Shown here in pieces: positions 58,801-64,000 of a stretch of DNA of 64,000 nucleotides (positions are counted from its first letter, which is position 1; every line of letters begins with the position of its first letter). The notes beneath the pieces were generated by a model. It had not been told where the DNA came from. It was given only the letters and a program-made list of their open reading frames with translations, and made no database searches. Origin of the DNA: Bacteroidota bacterium (GTDB taxonomy: Bacteria > Bacteroidota > Bacteroidia > Cytophagales > Cyclobacteriaceae); the NCBI GenBank assembly GCA_023417065.1, contig JAEZGH010000209.1, positions 279-64,278 on the forward strand. The letters run 5' to 3'. The position numbers and the translations under genes are program-made.

Positions 58801-58943
58801 AAAAAAAGAAGGCATCATAAAAACATATTCTTGAACTAGCCGGGGAAATCGTCTTCAAATTGCCTTGAAGTTAGTGGCAAAGCCATCCCTCTACAGGGAA
58901 AGTCCCCAATAACAAAAGATATGTTGTTTCTATGATGCCTTCT
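58801..58943 (-). ncRNA. Candidate structured RNA, 6S-like architecture
   Basis: 13-bp perfect closing stem, internal bubble, apical multi-branch, U7 tail on the minus strand. Confidence 0.45.
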
Positions 58944-58973
58944 ATGTCTTGTCAGAAGCAAGACGTAATACGC

Positions 58974-59294
58974 TTAACGGCTTTCTTGCTCTTCTTTGCG
59001 TTCGTCCTTCTTCAGATCGCTATCTGATTCTTCCGGATTATCCTCACCTCTGCGGCTGAGATCACGGCTTTTATCGAAGTTTGATCCTGATTGCATGTCA
59101 TTGCGTTGATCCTGATTACTTCGCATTCCTGCTCCAAAGTTTCCGCCGGCATTTTCGCCAATCTGATCTTCTCGTTCATTCGTATTCTCCTGTCCCAAAT
59201 TGCGCTGTTCCCGTTGCTGGGATTGTTGCTGGTTGCGTTCGCCGCTTCCCTGAGACTGCAGATTATCCTGTGGATTATTTCGTTCTTGTTTCAT
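58974..59294 (-). CDS. Hydrophilic low-complexity (Q/N/E/R/S) hypothetical protein
   Basis: ATG at 59294; almost no hydrophobic residues. Confidence 0.65.
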   Translation of the reverse strand: MKQERNNPQDNLQSQGSGERNQQQSQQREQRNLGQENTNEREDQIGENAGGNFGAGMRSNQDQRNDMQSGSNFDKSRDLSRRGEDNPEESDSDLKKDERKEEQESR

Positions 59295-59523
59295 AAGCTT
59301 TCTTTTTGGAAAAAAATACTGAAAATACCATGCCTGCAACGTTTGCACTATACGTTTTCGTGTATTGCCGGATTTGGGCTGCTGGCCGACATATGACAGA
59401 TGAAAAGCCTGTATCTATTGTGAAAAGACTACCCGGATTAAGGATAGCTTTCCCCATTTTTCGTGTAATTGGCTATCGCTCTTGGCGCACATCATTTGCA
59501 GAACCTTGCAAAAAAGAAACGTT

Positions 59524-60333
59524 ATGGAACAGCATAAAAACAATTATGTCCTTGTCACCGGAGCAACGGACGGGATAGGGTACGAATTATCAAAGGTGTT
59601 TGCTGAAAATGGGTTTAACCTTATCCTGGTGGCCCGAAATGCAAGTGAACTCCATTATCGGGCGAACGAACTCAGGGGTGAAAATAAGATTGAAGCGATT
59701 CCTATTGCCAAGGATTTGTCCAAACCAGGTGCTGTGTTCGAGCTTTACGACCAGGTGAAAAATCTTGGTGTCACTGTAGATATTCTTGTCAATAATGCCG
59801 GACAGGGTGTATATGGAAAGTTTGTAGAAACCGACATTGAACGGCAATTGTACATCATCCAGCTGAACATTGCATCGCTGACAGCCCTGACCTATCTTTT
59901 TCTAAAGGATATGGTGGCGCGTAATGAAGGGCGGATATTGAATCTTGGTTCTATTGCGTCGGAGGTTCCTCATCCCCTGCAAGCCGTTTATGGGGGTACA
60001 AAGGCCTTTGTACTATCCTTTTCGGAAGCCCTTTATAACGAGCTCAGGAAAACGAACGTAACAATTACTACTCTTCAGCCAGGTGCAACGGAAACCGACT
60101 TCTTTAACAAGGCTGGCGCGCAAAATGCGAAAGTCGTTCAGGAAGGCAAATTAGGAGATCCCGCTAAGGTGGCGCGCGATGGTTTTGATGCGCTGATGAA
60201 GGGAAGAGACTCCATTGTTTCCGGAGCAAAGAATAAAGTTTCTTCCGTGATGGCGCATATCATTCCGGATAAGGTTTCTGCCGAGCAGATGCATCAGCAG
60301 CTCAAAGATGTGACGAAAGACGAAGATAAGTAG
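59524..60333 (+). CDS. Short-chain dehydrogenase/reductase
   Basis: TGATDGIG, LVNNAG, YGGTK and PGATETDF. Confidence 0.92.
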   Translation: MEQHKNNYVLVTGATDGIGYELSKVFAENGFNLILVARNASELHYRANELRGENKIEAIPIAKDLSKPGAVFELYDQVKNLGVTVDILVNNAGQGVYGKFVETDIERQLYIIQLNIASLTALTYLFLKDMVARNEGRILNLGSIASEVPHPLQAVYGGTKAFVLSFSEALYNELRKTNVTITTLQPGATETDFFNKAGAQNAKVVQEGKLGDPAKVARDGFDALMKGRDSIVSGAKNKVSSVMAHIIPDKVSAEQMHQQLKDVTKDEDK

Positions 60334-60355
60334 TCAATGTAGTCATTCTTGTAAT

Positions 60356-60390
60356 AGCCGGGGCGAACCGAATCTCGCCCTGGCTTTTTT
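60356..60390 (+). terminator. Intrinsic terminator after SDR gene
   Basis: AGCCGGGGCGA-N8-TCGCCCTGGC followed by T6. Confidence 0.75.
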
Positions 60391-60542
60391 ATTCTGGTCG
60401 CAGCAGCTTAACGGAGGAAATAAAGCCCGCTCGAATAAAGCTGGAAAAGAACCGGAGTTAATGTTACCTTTCGATATTGCCCTTACCTAAGTTTCGCGAT
60501 GTGAGATGGTCAGATAACGGGCGGCGTTAATTCTTCTTTGCT

Positions 60543-63200
60543 ATGCAGACGCAGATTGGACTTTACGATCAAACGCAGTGGCAGTACCTGGCCAACGCTA
60601 TGCCCCACCTTGTGTGGATCGCAGAACCCAATGGCGAAGTGGTATATTACAATGATCGGGTCAGTGAATTTCTGGGAGCAACATTTCAGGACGGCGTTTG
60701 GAAATGGAAAGGTCTTCTTCACCCGGAAGATCAGGAGCCTACTCATCTGGCTTGGGAGCGAGCCGTCAGCACAGGAACGCAATATGAGATTAGTCATCGT
60801 GTGCAAATGAAAGACGGTTCATTCCGTTGGTTTCTCAGTCGTGCCATTCCTGAAAAAGATGAACAAGGACGTGTCAGGAAATGGTACGGCACGGCAACTG
60901 ATATTCACCAGCAGAAGCAATATGAAGAGAAGATACGCGAAAGTGAAGAGCGTCTGGCAAGTATATTCTATCAAACCTCTGTGGGGATTGCTCAGTGTGA
61001 GCTGAACGGTAAGATCCTCCTGGTAAACGATCGCTTCTGTGAAATCACGGGGAGATCGGCTGATGAGCTGTACAAGCTTTCTGTTTTCGATATTACCCAT
61101 CCCGACGATCTGCCAAAGAATGAAGCGTTGATGAAAGGGTCGATTATCGCTCTTCAGCCATATGAAATGGAAAAGCGGTATCTCCGTCCTGACGGATCTG
61201 CCATCTGGGTGGTAGTTAATGTTTCTGTCATTCGCGACGATAAAGGAGAACCAAAGCACTTGCTGGGTATTTGCCACGACATCACAGAAAGCAAGAAGGC
61301 AGAAGAAGCTTTGAAAGAAAGCGAAGAACGGTTTCGCATAGTGTCGGAGTCTGCACCCAACATGGTTTGGAGTATCAATCCTGACGGATCGATAAAGTTT
61401 GCAAACCGGTTTACACTTGATTACCTCGGCATCAGAACATCTTCGCTGAGGATACATCATATTCTGAATTTCGTTCACGATGAGGAAAAATTGGCTACAA
61501 TGGAAGCAGTGGCGGGTGCGTTGCGTGAGAAAAAACACTATCGTATGGAACACCGATTGAAAGGTTTTGATGGTGAATACCGGTGGTTCCTGTCGCAGGG
61601 TGGGCCGATATTCTATCCGGACGGAACGTTGTATGGATTTGTAGGATCGGCAATCGATATCCATGACAGGAAGCGATTTGAGGATGAACTTCATTATCAG
61701 CATCAATTCACGCAGACGATCACCGACAATGCTATGGTGCCCCTGTTCATGCTCGACCTGAAGGGGTTTTGTACTTATCTAAATCCCGCAGCGGAAAAAG
61801 TTTTCGGTTACGCTCTGGATGAAGTGAAGAATGAGCCGTTTCATAATTATATCCACGGCACCCACCCCGATGGCTCTCCTTTCCCGATGAACGAGTGCCG
61901 CGTTGCACAGGCTGTGTTTGGCGTAACTGACTTGCGCGAACACGAGGACGTTTTCGTTTCCAAAAGCGGAGATTTCATCCCTGTTAAGTGCAGTGCCAAA
62001 CGCATCATTAAGGATGGGGTTACTACGGGTGTCTTACTGGAAGCCAGGGACATAACTGCCGAAAAGCACGCGGCGAAAGCGTTGCAGGAAAGCGAAGCGC
62101 GCTTTCGGTCTATGGCCGACAATATTTCACAGTTGGTCTGGATTGCCGACGAGAAAGGTAATGCATTCTGGTACAATCAACGCTGGCTGGAGTTTGCCGG
62201 CATTTCAGCGACAGACTTGCAATCAAGTGGGTGGCACGAGATGATTCATGCAGATTACGCTGAAAGGGTGCTCGCGAAATTTCAACGGTGCATCACGGAG
62301 GGGAATCCCTGGGAGGATACCTTCCCGCTGAAAAATCGAGAGGGATATTATCGTTGGTTTTTGACACGCGCGACACCAATCAAAGATCCAGAAGGCAAGG
62401 TAATACGCTGGTTTGGATCCAATACAGATATTACCGAACGGAAAGAAACCGAAGAAGCTATCAAAGTGATGGCCGACAATCTCGAAAAGATAGTCGTACA
62501 ACGGACCCTTGAACTGCAGCGATCCAACGAAGACCTTCAGCAGTTTGCGCACGTTGCAAGCCACGACCTGAAGGAACCACTGAGGAAGATCCAAATGTTC
62601 GCCAATCGCCTTACTGAGGAATGCGGCGATGCTGTCGGGGAGAAAGGCGCGGTTTACCTGGAGAAGATTTCGCATGCCACGCGAAGAATGTTTAACATGA
62701 TTGATGGCGTGCTTAGTTACTCAACCGTAAATGCATCACGCCAGAAGCCAGGCAGCGTAGACCTCACGGAAGTCCTTCGTCAGATTGAAACGGATCTGGA
62801 GGTAGTAATCAGTGAAAAGTCAGCCACTATCAAGTACAAGACACTTCCGGTTGTACAGGGCGCAGGAGTATTGTTGTACCAGCTGTTTTATAATCTGATT
62901 AATAACTCGTTGAAGTTTTCCCGCGATAATGTTGCTCCTGTGATCTCCGTTCGCCAAGAGGTGTCGGATGATCCCGACAAGATACGGCTGGTCCTTGAAG
63001 ATAACGGCATAGGCTTCGAACAGGAGTTTGCAGAAAAAATCTTTCACACCTTTACCCGCCTTAATTCCAAGGATAAGTACGAAGGAACCGGACTTGGTCT
63101 GTCGCTTTGCAAAAAAATTGCTGAGTTCCACAACGGATTTATTGAAGCATTTGGCGTCAGAGACAAAGGAGCGCGGTTTGTAATCACTCTGCCAAGGTAA
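60543..63200 (+). CDS. Cytoplasmic multi-PAS/PAC sensor histidine kinase
   Basis: About five PAS/PAC repeats; ASHDLKEPLRKI H-box, NLINNSLKF, DNGIGF and GTGLGL. Confidence 0.93.
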   Translation: MQTQIGLYDQTQWQYLANAMPHLVWIAEPNGEVVYYNDRVSEFLGATFQDGVWKWKGLLHPEDQEPTHLAWERAVSTGTQYEISHRVQMKDGSFRWFLSRAIPEKDEQGRVRKWYGTATDIHQQKQYEEKIRESEERLASIFYQTSVGIAQCELNGKILLVNDRFCEITGRSADELYKLSVFDITHPDDLPKNEALMKGSIIALQPYEMEKRYLRPDGSAIWVVVNVSVIRDDKGEPKHLLGICHDITESKKAEEALKESEERFRIVSESAPNMVWSINPDGSIKFANRFTLDYLGIRTSSLRIHHILNFVHDEEKLATMEAVAGALREKKHYRMEHRLKGFDGEYRWFLSQGGPIFYPDGTLYGFVGSAIDIHDRKRFEDELHYQHQFTQTITDNAMVPLFMLDLKGFCTYLNPAAEKVFGYALDEVKNEPFHNYIHGTHPDGSPFPMNECRVAQAVFGVTDLREHEDVFVSKSGDFIPVKCSAKRIIKDGVTTGVLLEARDITAEKHAAKALQESEARFRSMADNISQLVWIADEKGNAFWYNQRWLEFAGISATDLQSSGWHEMIHADYAERVLAKFQRCITEGNPWEDTFPLKNREGYYRWFLTRATPIKDPEGKVIRWFGSNTDITERKETEEAIKVMADNLEKIVVQRTLELQRSNEDLQQFAHVASHDLKEPLRKIQMFANRLTEECGDAVGEKGAVYLEKISHATRRMFNMIDGVLSYSTVNASRQKPGSVDLTEVLRQIETDLEVVISEKSATIKYKTLPVVQGAGVLLYQLFYNLINNSLKFSRDNVAPVISVRQEVSDDPDKIRLVLEDNGIGFEQEFAEKIFHTFTRLNSKDKYEGTGLGLSLCKKIAEFHNGFIEAFGVRDKGARFVITLPR

Positions 63201-63223
63201 CTTTTCCCCGGATTTGCCCACGA

Positions 63224-63764
63224 TTGAATTTTATTTGTATTCGCCTCAACCCGAACATGCCTGTTCAGCAAGCATTGGCCGGTATTGAATCTGCATTTAA
63301 AAAATACAATCCTGATTATTTGTTCTCATATCAATTCGTCGATACTGCGTACGATACAAAGTTTAATTCGCTCCGGAAAACGTTGACCATTACAACGGTG
63401 TTTGCCGTGCTCGTTATATTTATCGCATGCCTCGGCTTATTAGGTCTGTCGATGTATATGATCGAATCCCGTACCAAAGAAATCGGTGTTCGCAAAGTGC
63501 TTGGCGGCACCGTGTTCGGAATCACACGTTTACTTTGCTTTAGCACGTTGAAACCAATTCTGATAGCGATGGTCATCTTTAGTCCTGGAGGCTGGTTTCG
63601 CAATGAACTGGTGGCTGAAATTCTCGGAATACCGCATTTCCCTTGATCCAGTAGTTCTTATACTCACATGGATAACCATCCTCCTGATATCGCTGTTGAC
63701 GATAAGTGCCCAGACCGTGCGCGCAGCTATGGCTAACCCGACCAATAACCTTCGAAGCGAGTGA
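63224..63764 (+). pseudogene. C-terminal remnant of a FtsX/MacB-type ABC permease, frameshifted
   Basis: IACLGLLGLS..RTKEIGVRKVLG; extra T near 63596-63598 restores AMNWWL..YRISL..RAAMANPTNNLRSE*; N-terminal part missing. Confidence 0.8.
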
Positions 63765-63870
63765 TAACATATGTTGCCTGTTGCTCATAGGATGACCGCT
63801 TTTTGCAATCTTGCGAACATGTTGTAAATTCATTTGTCGTTATCCGGTAACTGAATACTACTTCTTAATT

Positions 63871-64000
63871 ATGAGTGTCCTTAAATCTCTACCCGAACTC
63901 CTCGAGGCAAATGTCATCGACGAAGCCACAGCTGAGAGAATTCGACAACACTATCACGGGAAAAAAGCCACGTCGGCAAATCGCCTGGCTATTGTTTTCG
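63871..64000 (+). CDS. DUF2157-like membrane protein, N-terminus (truncated by window edge)
   Basis: MSVLKSLPELLEANVIDEATAERIRQHY...NRLAIVF. Confidence 0.65.
   Translation, partial: MSVLKSLPELLEANVIDEATAERIRQHYHGKKATSANRLAIVF

Noticed and set aside
58894..58907. GGGAAAGTCC resembling the RNase P RNA P4 motif
   Set aside because: Region is far too short and lacks the 3' AACAGAA..CGGCTTA partner
1..64000. rRNA, tRNA, IS/transposase, integrase or prophage
   Set aside because: No GGTTCGA(A)TCC-type tRNA arms, rRNA signatures or recombinase/phage genes recognised

Overview
Gene-dense chromosomal window from a Bacteroidota genome, probably Cytophagales. This is inferred from TAnnTTTG -7 promoter boxes, the BatA-domain/pyrC/DUF4199/GT2 operon, DUF2911, LytS/LytTR and the absence of Shine-Dalgarno motifs. 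About 65 ordinary CDSs are present: a PLP-enzyme cluster with a MocR regulator, GH9, ssb, modABC, cydAB, pgeF, rfbD, an ECF sigma with a YCII partner and a PAS kinase. Two genes are frameshifted (an exbD-like gene and an ABC-permease remnant). I saw no rRNA, tRNA, CRISPR array, transposase or reverse transcriptase. The most unusual part is 20.9-24.2 kb. A NUMOD4/HNH-HTH gene and a divergent Zn-ribbon-gene/ssb pair, separated by 10-bp periodic repeats, sit next to two long non-coding stretches (about 21505-22075 and 22927-23680). By eye these fold into extensive nested helices, including a ~28-bp long-range stem, and their G-U pairs favour + strand RNAs, so they are candidate large ncRNAs. Other unexplained non-coding signals are a 6S-like structured element (58801-58943), a short promoter-terminator unit (40340-40415) and a perfect 15-bp inverted-repeat pair (46423-46680). 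All product calls come from recognising motifs in the translations; no database searches or folding programs were run.
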